The notes: a model not told the origin generated them from the letters alone. Numbered from the stretch's first letter, positions 16,937 through 25,464 are shown. The stretch is 26,154 nt of DNA from a virus (IMGVR_UViG_3300028377_000051:1-26154); one strand, 5' to 3'. Made by a program: numbers and translations.

Positions 16937-17464
16937 GTGAGAGATATTGTATCTTTCTAGTAACAACGGTAATCAAACCATTACACCCTTATCAGTCACC
17001 TTGAAAAAGTGCATGTGGGGTCAGAAGTCGGGTTAATAATTGCAGGATTGAAATAATATCTAAACATAGCGATGAAGTTCTCCCCGATAGTTACGGAAAA
17101 TTGCCTAAATATAAGCAGGAGGGCACGATAAGACGATACGGACTGAAAAGGGTAGTATTGCAGTGTGTGGGTGTAAAGAGAAGTCAACGAAATTTCTCAA
17201 ACGTACAGCTCCTTAGTGAAAGTTTAGGTTGAAATCGCCACTAAGTAATTAGAAGGTCAATAGATTATGAAAATTTTCTAAAGGGGTTTCCTCTGTCCAA
17301 CACACAAACACAACAACAGTTTTTCACTCTAACGCATTTTCGGTTTTATACAGTACTTAACACTACAAGTAGAGTGAACTAAAACGGATATTGTTACAAG
17401 CGAAGTTACGGTTTAACGGTGTGTTTCTAACCGACTCTTTGCGGTCTGGGAATTCCTATTTTTT
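16937..17464 (+). ncRNA. Candidate large structured non-coding RNA (about 500 nt), family unknown
   Basis: Own promoter, no + strand ORF of 60 aa or more, higher GC than flanks. Nested helices 16957-66/17391-400, 16979-97/17141-60, 17163-73/17294-305, 17178-84/17192-98, 17212-18/17239-45, 17249-57/17273-81, 17323-31/17370-78. Confidence 0.65.
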
Positions 17465-17486
17465 ATCTAAGTTTTAACAGTTTTTA

Positions 17487-17518
17487 TTTGGTATTATGAC
17501 TAAATATGCTTATATTTA
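17487..17518 (+). promoter_or_regulatory. Sigma-A promoter for the helicase operon
   Basis: TTTG 17487-90, N20, TATATTTA 17511-18. Confidence 0.7.
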
Positions 17519-17541
17519 TATATTAAAAAATATTTGTAAAA

Positions 17542-18999
17542 ATGTACAAACCTTATCCAATACAACAGTTAGAGATTGATAAAATCACAGAGTTTATAAA
17601 AAAGGATACTAACAGAAAAGCTGTATTTGCTTATCCAGTTTCTTTTGGTAAAACAATACTTATAGCAAATGTTGCTATCAACTTTCCTAACAAATACTTT
17701 ATAAATGTAGCACCTAATAAAGAACTAGTAGAACAGAACCACGAAACCTATACTTCGTATGGATATGATGCGTCTATTTGTTCAGCTTCCTTAAACTCTA
17801 ATGAAGTTTCTCAAGTTACGTTTGCAACTATTGGTACTCTTAAAAAACACATAGACTTTTTCAAAGATAAGGATGTAATTTTATTACAAGACGAAGCGCA
17901 TGACAGTTCACTCAAAAAAAGTGAGATAGGTAAGTTTTATAAACAGTTAAAAAAGTGCAAACTGCTCGGTTTTACCGCAACTCCTATGAGACTAAACAAC
18001 TCTGCAAGCGGAACTAAACTGTCAATGATGAATAGACAGAAAGATTGTATTTATAGCTCCATAGAAAGCGTCATACAAGTTTCCGATGTGATAGATAATA
18101 ACATGTGGTCAAAGCTTGTGTATGACGTTGAAAACGTAGATGAGAGTAAATTAAAATTAAACACAACAGGATCAGATTATACTTTAAAATCTCTAGAAGC
18201 TTTTTCTGAAGCTAATAATATAGTCCAAAAATGTGTAGAATCTGTTTACAGGTTAAGAGAAGAAGATAGAGAGAGTTGTATCGTGTATGTTACTTCAATA
18301 GATGAAGCAGAAAGAGTGGCTTCTAAAATAGAAGATTCTGCAGTATTGCATTCCAAACTAAAAAAAACAGAAAGAGATAGGGTAATTACAGAATTTAAGG
18401 CAGGTAATATAAAAACTGTTGTTAACGTAGGAATTCTAAAACAAGGTTTTAATTATCCAGAGCTTTCCTCTATTGTTTTTGCTCGTCCTACAAATTCTTA
18501 TACACTTTATTATCAAGTTCTTGGTAGAGTTATACGTAAACACGAAGATAAAATAGATGGCAAGGTCATAGATATTTCTGGTAACTACAATAAGTTTGGA
18601 GCGATAGAAGACCTAGAATTTATAAATGAAGAGTGGTGCGGTGGTTGGGCGGCTTTTAGTGGCAACAGACTGCTTACAGGTTACGCTTTAGGGGGAAGTT
18701 TAGTACCTACAAAGCAAAGTTTAAAACACTATTTTAATGAGGTAACAACAGGAGATAATTTACCCAAAGACCCTAAATTTAATTTTGGTAAACACAAAGG
18801 AGTTCCTGTTTCAGTAGTTAAGAGAAAACACGAGAGTTATTTATTCTGGATAGTAGATCCTGAAACAAAATTTACGTTCAGAGGAAAAAACGGATTGGCA
18901 CTTAAAAGAGCTATATACCGACAACTAAAATTGCCTTTGAACAAACTAAGAGATGTAGATTTAGATTATAGTAAATCTCAATTACCTTTTAATTTATAA
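17542..18999 (+). CDS. SF2 DEAH helicase (UvsW/RadD-like)
   Basis: YPVSFGKT, QDEAH, FTATP, LKQGFNYP, YYQVLGRVIR motifs; C-terminal FNFGKHKG...YLFW module. Confidence 0.9.
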   Translation: MYKPYPIQQLEIDKITEFIKKDTNRKAVFAYPVSFGKTILIANVAINFPNKYFINVAPNKELVEQNHETYTSYGYDASICSASLNSNEVSQVTFATIGTLKKHIDFFKDKDVILLQDEAHDSSLKKSEIGKFYKQLKKCKLLGFTATPMRLNNSASGTKLSMMNRQKDCIYSSIESVIQVSDVIDNNMWSKLVYDVENVDESKLKLNTTGSDYTLKSLEAFSEANNIVQKCVESVYRLREEDRESCIVYVTSIDEAERVASKIEDSAVLHSKLKKTERDRVITEFKAGNIKTVVNVGILKQGFNYPELSSIVFARPTNSYTLYYQVLGRVIRKHEDKIDGKVIDISGNYNKFGAIEDLEFINEEWCGGWAAFSGNRLLTGYALGGSLVPTKQSLKHYFNEVTTGDNLPKDPKFNFGKHKGVPVSVVKRKHESYLFWIVDPETKFTFRGKNGLALKRAIYRQLKLPLNKLRDVDLDYSKSQLPFNL

Positions 19000-19001
19000 C
19001 T

Positions 19002-19436
19002 ATGTTTATAGACTTTGAAACAGAAGATTATGATAATTTAAAAAATGGACAGTTAAAAAGAATGGCTGATTTTTGGCAGAGACGATATTTATTAAAGAAT
19101 GCAAAAAGAAACGGTTATAATCAAGTATGGTGTCCTGTAAAAGAAAGATATTATAACGAAAATAAAATGGAAGCCTCTCACTTTATAGATAGAAGCGTAA
19201 TGAGTACAAGGTACGATAAAGATAATGTATGGTTAATATCGAAACAAAGTAATACTTGGGATGCTAGAGAACAAGTAGAAAGATACAAATCTTTACATCA
19301 TAAAGAGTTTGAAGAGCTTTTGGTAAAAGAAATAGGAGAAAAAAATATTAAAAAACTCTTGGCTAAGAGTAAAAGTTTGACTATATTTGCAAAGAAAGAT
19401 TATATAGACAAAATAAAAAAATTTAGAGATGAGTGA
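19002..19436 (+). CDS. ninG: NinG/Rap-like HNH recombination endonuclease
   Basis: MEASHFIDRS..STRYDKDNV pattern of the lambda NinG family. Confidence 0.7.
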   Translation: MFIDFETEDYDNLKNGQLKRMADFWQRRYLLKNAKRNGYNQVWCPVKERYYNENKMEASHFIDRSVMSTRYDKDNVWLISKQSNTWDAREQVERYKSLHHKEFEELLVKEIGEKNIKKLLAKSKSLTIFAKKDYIDKIKKFRDE

Positions 19437-19839
19437 TACAAAACACCCCTTTTTAAGGTTATCCGACCTAATACAAGAGTATGATAATAAGAAAGAGTCC
19501 TTCTCTGTAAAAGAGCTCCAAGATATGAGGGAAAATATATCACTTACACTATTTTATTTGTCTGACAGTGCTTCAACTGCATTATCTAACTATGACAAAG
19601 CTGATTGGGAAAGAAAAAGAAGTTTTGCAGAACTCATAGAAGAAAATAAATACGATGATAATGGCGATAAAAATACTGTGGCTGTAATGGAAAGTTTAGC
19701 CCGTATAGCAAACAAAGAAAAAGAAGAAGCAGTAGTTGAAGCATTAAGACAAAAAGAAAGAGTTAGAATAATACTAAATTCTACACAACAAATATTAAAT
19801 GCGATAGCGTCAAGATTAAGTTCAATACAACAAAAATAA
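19429..19839 (+). CDS. Helical protein, possible UvsY-like recombination mediator
   Basis: 136 aa, all-helical, directly upstream of recA. Function inferred from size and context only. Confidence 0.45.
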   Translation: MSDTKHPFLRLSDLIQEYDNKKESFSVKELQDMRENISLTLFYLSDSASTALSNYDKADWERKRSFAELIEENKYDDNGDKNTVAVMESLARIANKEKEEAVVEALRQKERVRIILNSTQQILNAIASRLSSIQQK

Positions 19840-19843
19840 CTAT

Positions 19844-20833
19844 ATGTCAGAAGAAATAAACGAAGCATTAGAGTCTTTTAACTCATTATACAAGGGGGGA
19901 GGCATTGTAAATTTAGGAGAAAACCCTAGATTTCCAAAGAAAAAAAAGACAGGTAGACCTTCTATAGATTTTGTAACGGATGGGGGAGTTCCAAAAGGAA
20001 GACTGATACTTATTGCAGGAGAACCCTCTGCAGGTAAATCTTCTTTGACTATACAGATAGTAGAAAAATTAGGTAAGAAGATTTTGTATGTAGATACTGA
20101 AATGACACTAACAACGGATTATTTAGAGTCATTGGGGTCTACACCCCATAAATTTTCACATGTCATTCCAACAACAACAGAGGAAATGTGTAATATAATT
20201 CGAGAACAAATTCCTAACTTTGATGTTATTGTGGTGGATTCTATAAACAACAGTGCTAGTGGAGAACAGATGCAAAAAACAGCAGAAGAGAGAACAATGG
20301 CAAACAGAGCTATAGTTTTATCTTCACAATTACCTATAATTGTAGGTCTTTGTAATCAGTATGACACCACACTAATTATATTATCTCAAGTTCGAGACAA
20401 TATGAACAAAGCGAACAAATATTCACCAGACACAGTTATTCCTGGTGGAAGATCTTTACACCATAATAGCTCAATGACTTTAGAGCTATTTAAATCAACA
20501 AAAAAGAAGTCTAAAGAGGAAGAAAAACTTAGTAATAAAAAGGAAACTATTGAGGGTAATTTAATTAGAATTAAGTGCACTAAAAACAAAGTAGGCAAAG
20601 TAAACAGAGAAGTTTCTGTAGAGTTTACTTACGGAGAGGGCTTTACTATAGAATCCGATGTAGCATCTTCAGCAGTAAGACTAGGAATTATAGAAAAAGC
20701 GGGAAGCTGGTTGAAATACAACGGCTCGTCTATATCGCAAGGTATAGATAATTTAGTTCCAGTGTTAAAAGACAACCCTGATCTACTGCAAGAGTTAATA
20801 GAAAAAATAGAAACCATTAAAAAAGAGAATTAA
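19844..20833 (+). CDS. recA: RecA/UvsX-like recombinase
   Basis: GGVPKGRLILIAGEPSAGKS, YVDTE, IVVDS, SQVR, PGGRSL, KNKVG, IIEKAGSW motifs. Confidence 0.95.
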   Translation: MSEEINEALESFNSLYKGGGIVNLGENPRFPKKKKTGRPSIDFVTDGGVPKGRLILIAGEPSAGKSSLTIQIVEKLGKKILYVDTEMTLTTDYLESLGSTPHKFSHVIPTTTEEMCNIIREQIPNFDVIVVDSINNSASGEQMQKTAEERTMANRAIVLSSQLPIIVGLCNQYDTTLIILSQVRDNMNKANKYSPDTVIPGGRSLHHNSSMTLELFKSTKKKSKEEEKLSNKKETIEGNLIRIKCTKNKVGKVNREVSVEFTYGEGFTIESDVASSAVRLGIIEKAGSWLKYNGSSISQGIDNLVPVLKDNPDLLQELIEKIETIKKEN

Positions 20834-20834
20834 T

Positions 20835-21152
20835 ATGAGATTACAAAGACCACCAAAGCAAAAAAGAGGATACATTCTAGTAAAACTTCTAGATGAAGAA
20901 ATACAGAAAACAAAGTCAGGTATTTATATGCCTACTGAAATAACAGAAAACTCTTTTTTCAGAAAAGCTGAGGTCGTGACTGTAGGTGAAAACAGTAAAG
21001 ACTATGAAATGCAAACTAAAGAAGGGGATATAATTTTAGTTAAAAAGTCTTTGGCACAGATGTCAGACTTAACTTTGACTGTAGACGACATACCCCATTA
21101 TATAATCAGAGAAGAACAAGGGTTTTACGGATGGCCACAGGACGAACAGTAG
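20835..21152 (+). CDS. groES: GroES/Cpn10-like co-chaperonin
   Basis: YILVK...KTKSGIYMP...AEVVTVG...KEGDIILV. Confidence 0.85.
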   Translation: MRLQRPPKQKRGYILVKLLDEEIQKTKSGIYMPTEITENSFFRKAEVVTVGENSKDYEMQTKEGDIILVKKSLAQMSDLTLTVDDIPHYIIREEQGFYGWPQDEQ

Positions 21153-21631
21153 AATGGACACATAAGGGTAAAAAAGTTTCAACTCTGGATGACATACCTG
21201 AAGGAGTTGAACACTTTGTTTATCTTATAACAGACATTAACGGAAGGAAATACGTAGGTAAGAAACAGATAATGTCTACCCGTAAAGTTGAGATTTCAGA
21301 GAAAGCTTATAGGAAATTAAAAAAAGAAGGAGAAGCCGTTACCAAAACCAAAAACAAAGCTAAAAGTAAGAAAGGTAATATTGTATGGCGATTTAAAAAA
21401 ATAGTAGTTAAGGGTAATAAATGGGAAGGCTACACAGGATCTTGCATACCGCTCAATAAAGAAATTAAAAAAGGTATGAGTTACAAAAAAGAAATATTAT
21501 ATTTTTGTAGAACAAAGAAGCAAGCTACATACTTTGAGTTAAAAGAACAGTTTACAAGAGGTGTAATAGAAAACGACCTTTATTGGAATGAAAACATACT
21601 GAATAAATTCTTTAAAAAAGATCTGTCATAA
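21131..21631 (+). CDS. GIY-YIG (Seg-like) endonuclease
   Basis: FVYLIT...KYVGKK, YTGS, KEILYFC, conserved E and N (YWNENI). Confidence 0.8.
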   Translation: MATGRTVEWTHKGKKVSTLDDIPEGVEHFVYLITDINGRKYVGKKQIMSTRKVEISEKAYRKLKKEGEAVTKTKNKAKSKKGNIVWRFKKIVVKGNKWEGYTGSCIPLNKEIKKGMSYKKEILYFCRTKKQATYFELKEQFTRGVIENDLYWNENILNKFFKKDLS

Positions 21632-21643
21632 AAGTTTAATTTA

Positions 21644-21675
21644 TTTCTTTACATTATATATTTTTCGTATATTTG
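21644..21675 (+). promoter_or_regulatory. Sigma-A promoter for phoH
   Basis: TTTC-N20-TATATTTG (21668-75). Confidence 0.65.
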
Positions 21676-21697
21676 GGTCAGCCCCAAAATATATAAA

Positions 21698-22354
21698 ATG
21701 TCTACAAAAGAAAACAAAGAAAAAAGAAAATTGAAAAGCGAACCAAGATTCAAACTGCAACTTAATGAAGAACAAAAAGAAGCAGCAGCCGACTTTTATG
21801 AATACGATGTAAATTTTTTTCATGGAGATTTTGGCAGCGGAAAAACTCTTTTATCATGCTATCTAGCTTTATCATTTTTTAGAAAAAAAATGTGCAATAA
21901 AATAATCATAGCAAGACCTATTACTAAAAATTCAGTAGGACTTCTTCCAGGAGATATTTCAGAAAAACTTAATCCTTACATTGCACCCATAGTACACAAC
22001 TTTAATATGTTACAAGCATCGTCTTCTACACAGAAAATGATGGATAACAAAGATATAGAAATACTTCCTGTAGATTTTGCTAAGGGTATTACTTACACGG
22101 ATGCTGTAGTTATTATTGATGAGTATGAAGATTTAAATTACGAAGATTTTAGGATGATGCTTTCACGGTTGGGTAGAGACAGTAAAATTATTTTTTGTGG
22201 GTCAAAAGAACAAATCCACAGAAGCATCAATAGCAAAAGTTGTATATTTGCTACAATGAAATTAGAAGACAGCGGTGTTGTAGGTTATCATACACTGAAA
22301 TCAAATCACAGAAACCCAATTATTAAAAAAGTAACAGATTTTTTAGAAAGATGA
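21698..22354 (+). CDS. phoH: PhoH-family ATPase
   Basis: GDFGSGKT, IIIARP, GLLPGDISEKLNPY, KGITY, IIDEYED, SRLG, HRNP. Confidence 0.92.
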   Translation: MSTKENKEKRKLKSEPRFKLQLNEEQKEAAADFYEYDVNFFHGDFGSGKTLLSCYLALSFFRKKMCNKIIIARPITKNSVGLLPGDISEKLNPYIAPIVHNFNMLQASSSTQKMMDNKDIEILPVDFAKGITYTDAVVIIDEYEDLNYEDFRMMLSRLGRDSKIIFCGSKEQIHRSINSKSCIFATMKLEDSGVVGYHTLKSNHRNPIIKKVTDFLER

Positions 22355-22998
22355 AAATACACGTAAGAGGAGAAGAAATAAAGTTAAGAGGTCTTTTAGG
22401 ATATATGAAAGATATAGGATATGCTACTAGTACTGTTAGAGGATCTTTTAAAGGGCTGGAAATAGAAACTCTAGATAAAAAAGCTAAACCACTTTGTATT
22501 TGTGACAAAGGTTTTGATGTAGAAGAAGATGCAGATGAAATATTTTCTTTTATTGATAGTTATATGGACTATTTACCAGAAGAAGAGGAACAATATGATT
22601 TTTGCGAGACAGCAACTGCCATAACAGATGGATGGGGGGACGATCGTCCAAAAAGGCTTAACCAAAAAACAGAAGAAAAAGGGGTAAAACACAACGAAGG
22701 CAAACTACCTTTAGATAAAGTTATGTTTACACAGTTTCCTAAAGCGATACAGGCTGTTTCTAAATGCAGTCTCTATGGACACTCAAAACAGTATAAAGAT
22801 GCTGACTCGGATTGGCTAAACTTTAAAAGAGTATATGGTGGCAGTCAAACCTATGCAGATGCTTCTTTGCGACACTCTATAGACAAAGAAAAATTAAATG
22901 ATAGTGGTTTACCACATATATTCCATAAAGCTTGGAATGTATTAGCAGAGTTAGAATTATTTATAGAAGAGAATGACATTAAATTAAAAGACTTTTAA
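22351..22998 (+). CDS. Protein with C-terminal dATP/dGTP diphosphohydrolase (DUF5664-like) domain
   Basis: GVKHNEGKLPL...LYGHSK.Y...NFK...YADASLRH...SGLPHIFHKAWN. Confidence 0.75.
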   Translation: MKIHVRGEEIKLRGLLGYMKDIGYATSTVRGSFKGLEIETLDKKAKPLCICDKGFDVEEDADEIFSFIDSYMDYLPEEEEQYDFCETATAITDGWGDDRPKRLNQKTEEKGVKHNEGKLPLDKVMFTQFPKAIQAVSKCSLYGHSKQYKDADSDWLNFKRVYGGSQTYADASLRHSIDKEKLNDSGLPHIFHKAWNVLAELELFIEENDIKLKDF

Positions 22999-22999
22999 A

Positions 23000-23137
23000 A
23001 TGGCAGGAAAAAGAATTAGCTGGAAGTGGGGAGACAAAACATATTATGGTACAGAAATACCTTCCAGAGAAACATCTACGCATAAGTTTGCAAGAACAGA
23101 AAATGGTAAAATTAAGAAAATCAAAAAGAAAAAATAA
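23000..23137 (+). CDS. 45-aa basic protein (not in the ORF track)
   Basis: MAGKRISWKWGDKTYYGTEIPSRETSTHKFARTENGKIKKIKKKK*; starts 1 nt after the previous stop and is TAATG-coupled to the next gene. Confidence 0.75.
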   Translation: MAGKRISWKWGDKTYYGTEIPSRETSTHKFARTENGKIKKIKKKK

Positions 23138-23520
23138 TGCTTATACCAATTACATATATAGATTCTAAATATTCTGAAACAGGAGAAGCAAAATTAAACG
23201 AAAGTTTATCTGACGATTTCGAACTAACGGCAGAAGAAAAAGAAAAAAGAGAGGAAGAATTCAGACAAAGAGAAATAGATAGAATTATTGGAAAAGTAGA
23301 TGAAGAGGAAGAATTTCTTCATGAAGAACCAAAAATAGAGTTTAGGACAATTAAATTTCAAGATGATGATTTCATTTTCACAGAAAGAAAGGCATGTATA
23401 GATACTGAAGAAGTGTCTTATGCACATGAAACAGAACAGGGTTATACATCTATACTTACAAAAGGTAATAACACAATTTTAATAAAAGAATCTGTAGATT
23501 ACTTGTTAAATCTAAAATAA
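23137..23520 (+). CDS. Acidic hypothetical protein
   Basis: 127-aa ORF in the operon. Confidence 0.75.
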   Translation: MLIPITYIDSKYSETGEAKLNESLSDDFELTAEEKEKREEEFRQREIDRIIGKVDEEEEFLHEEPKIEFRTIKFQDDDFIFTERKACIDTEEVSYAHETEQGYTSILTKGNNTILIKESVDYLLNLK

Positions 23521-23533
23521 ATTCGTATATTTA
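23502..23533 (+). promoter_or_regulatory. Sigma-A promoter for the SSB-like gene
   Basis: CTTG-N20-TATATTTA (23526-33). Confidence 0.6.
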
Positions 23534-23556
23534 CAACAAATAATAAAACTATAATA

Positions 23557-24258
23557 ATGGCAGATAACAATTTAATGGAAGTAAAGATTAAAAAGGGTAC
23601 TTTCTATATTTCTTCTAAAGAAGATAAAGGCGAAGGTTGGGAAAAGAATGAGTTCCCTAATCCTCAAAACAAAGACGAAACCTTAGTAAGGTATCACAGA
23701 GAGCTCTCTATAGAAGGTAAAATTAATTATCTGGCTATGAAAGAAGATAGATTTGCAGGAAATGTGATGTCTCTAATCGTCAATAATAAGGAGAAAGATG
23801 AAAGCTATTCCTTACAAATACCTATTATGAATACGGGAGGAACAGTTCGGACTACTAACCAGTATTTTAATTCTATTGCAGGAGTCTTTAAAAATGTAAA
23901 AAAGGGAGACACAATTACAATGTTTGTCAATAACAAAAAAAAGGACAAAGACGATAGGCTGTATAGAAATATAGTAGTACTGAACGAAGATAATAATCTT
24001 ATTAAATCTGATTTCAGTTTTATGGACTCTCCAAAGTGGGCGGTGTCTATTACCGAAGATGAATTTGGTAAAGAGGTTAAAAAATATGATGCAACAGAGT
24101 CTAATAAATTCTATATAGAGAAGTTTAAAGAGTCCATAGCAAGCTTTGAAGCATCACAGGCTAAAGACCCTATTCCAGAGCCAAAGGATACTGCAAAAGA
24201 AGAAAAAGATTATACTCCTCATGAAGAAGTAGATGAGGATGATGACCTTCCATTTTAA
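23557..24258 (+). CDS. Putative single-stranded DNA-binding protein
   Basis: Beta-rich body with an acidic tail ending EDDDLPF. Confidence 0.7.
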   Translation: MADNNLMEVKIKKGTFYISSKEDKGEGWEKNEFPNPQNKDETLVRYHRELSIEGKINYLAMKEDRFAGNVMSLIVNNKEKDESYSLQIPIMNTGGTVRTTNQYFNSIAGVFKNVKKGDTITMFVNNKKKDKDDRLYRNIVVLNEDNNLIKSDFSFMDSPKWAVSITEDEFGKEVKKYDATESNKFYIEKFKESIASFEASQAKDPIPEPKDTAKEEKDYTPHEEVDEDDDLPF

Positions 24259-24298
24259 GAATTAGTGTCCCATTAACATATTAAGTTTTAACAGTCAA

Positions 24299-24326
24299 AA
24301 CAGAGGGTGAAAATATTCCCTCTGTT
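24299..24326. terminator. Hairpin after the SSB-like gene
   Basis: AACAGAGGG...CCCTCTGTT 9-bp stem. Lacks a U tail on the + strand, so it may be a stabiliser or a minus-strand terminator. Confidence 0.5.
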
Positions 24327-24354
24327 CCCTGGATAAACCGATAAATAAAAAACC

Positions 24355-24636
24355 ATGAATATAGAGCAAAAAAAACAAATGGAAGCAAATTGGATGATTC
24401 CAATGTTATTTCACAAATCAAACTTAAACCGAGTAAAAAAAGGTACAGGTGCTTACCATGTTATACATGTGAAAAATCATGTAAGAAAAAAAGGTGGTAA
24501 AGTAGACTGTTTACTTATCCGTGGGGAAGAAGGTGAGGTAAAGTACGGTGGTAGTGGTAAAGACTTCAACCAATGGACAGAAGAAGATTATACAAACGCT
24601 ATAAACAGCTATAATAATGAGTTCAGCAAAAATTAA
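24355..24636 (+). CDS. Hypothetical protein
   Basis: 93 aa, A-rich leader AAAAAACCATG. Confidence 0.75.
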   Translation: MNIEQKKQMEANWMIPMLFHKSNLNRVKKGTGAYHVIHVKNHVRKKGGKVDCLLIRGEEGEVKYGGSGKDFNQWTEEDYTNAINSYNNEFSKN

Positions 24637-24772
24637 AGACACTTACGACTCTTTGCTTAAAAACGGTGATCTACTAGACATGTTTCCAATGTTAGAAGGG
24701 CAGTGGCCAAAAGATAAAGACACGTTTACAGAAATGTTTCTATTAAATTCTGAAATTTTAAATGAAGATTGA
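24617..24772 (+). CDS. 51-aa hypothetical protein (not in the ORF track)
   Basis: MSSAKIKDTYDSLLKNGDLLDMFPMLEGQWPKDKDTFTEMFLLNSEILNED*; overlaps both neighbours and fills the gap. Confidence 0.7.
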   Translation: MSSAKIKDTYDSLLKNGDLLDMFPMLEGQWPKDKDTFTEMFLLNSEILNED

Positions 24773-25025
24773 TGTTATTTTACTTACGAAAATAATAAAA
24801 GAAGCCAATATAAACACAAATAAATTGGAAATAAATACTGTTGTAAGACATCTTGAAAACAACACTGAAGAGCACATAATCTACAAATATGCAGACAAAG
24901 ATTACATGGCCGCTGTAATAAAATACTTTGAAGAAATTGAAAATTACAAAAAGTGTCAAAGTCTCTATTATTTAGTTGACACTTACAATAAACTTCACGG
25001 AGAAAATATAAAAACTAAATTGTAG
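24762..25025 (+). CDS. Hypothetical protein
   Basis: 87 aa; YFEEIENYKKCQ.L resembles a UVR-like helical motif. Confidence 0.7.
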   Translation: MKIDVILLTKIIKEANINTNKLEINTVVRHLENNTEEHIIYKYADKDYMAAVIKYFEEIENYKKCQSLYYLVDTYNKLHGENIKTKL

Positions 25026-25047
25026 CAAATAAATAGAATTTAATTCG

Positions 25048-25075
25048 AACCCTTAATTAATTTTAAGGGTTTTTT
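25048..25075 (+). terminator. Intrinsic terminator
   Basis: AACCCTTAA...TTAAGGGTT followed by TTTT. Confidence 0.8.
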
Positions 25076-25100
25076 AACGTCTAAACTTAAAGTTTATTTG

Positions 25101-25108
25101 TATATTTG
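25101..25108 (+). promoter_or_regulatory. -7 promoter element
   Basis: TATATTTG 16 nt upstream of the GTG start; no clear -33 box. Confidence 0.45.
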
Positions 25109-25124
25109 GAAAAAACATTAGATA

Positions 25125-25379
25125 GTGGATATTTATAAAAAAATAGAGCAAGAGCTACAATACGAAGAGTTACAAAAAGAAAATATAAAACTATATACGT
25201 TGTCTCACGACATAGGTATAACTTTTTCCAAATTTAAAGCATATTTTCCAGAAGAAGTTTTAGATGAAGATGATTGGATAATGATGTTTGAAGGATGGTG
25301 TCACTATTTAAAAAGTGTAAAAGAAAAGTATAGAAATGTAGAAGCCTACAAGAAAGAATTAGACTTAAACCTCGAATAA
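25125..25379 (+). CDS. Hypothetical protein
   Basis: 84 aa, GTG start. Confidence 0.7.
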   Translation: MDIYKKIEQELQYEELQKENIKLYTLSHDIGITFSKFKAYFPEEVLDEDDWIMMFEGWCHYLKSVKEKYRNVEAYKKELDLNLE

Positions 25380-25464
25380 TTAAAAATTCGATTATAACCT
25401 CAATTTTAAAGTTTTTTGTATACATCGCAAACCTTAAATTGTAAACAACTTAAATAGATAAAAA

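Noticed and set aside
16996-17187. 63-aa minus-strand ORF in the non-coding region
   Set aside because: TTG start, no A-rich leader, no minus-strand promoter seen; the promoter and G-U-rich pairing point to a + strand RNA.
17298-17317. Pairing between the ncRNA CA-rich tract and the terminal GTTGTGTG repeats
   Set aside because: Only about 7 contiguous nt of low-complexity complementarity, which is expected by chance.
16937-17464. tRNA cluster, tmRNA, RNase P RNA or group I intron
   Set aside because: No GTTCGA/T-arm with CCA end, no GAGGAAAGTCC, no recognisable group I core and no interrupted host gene.
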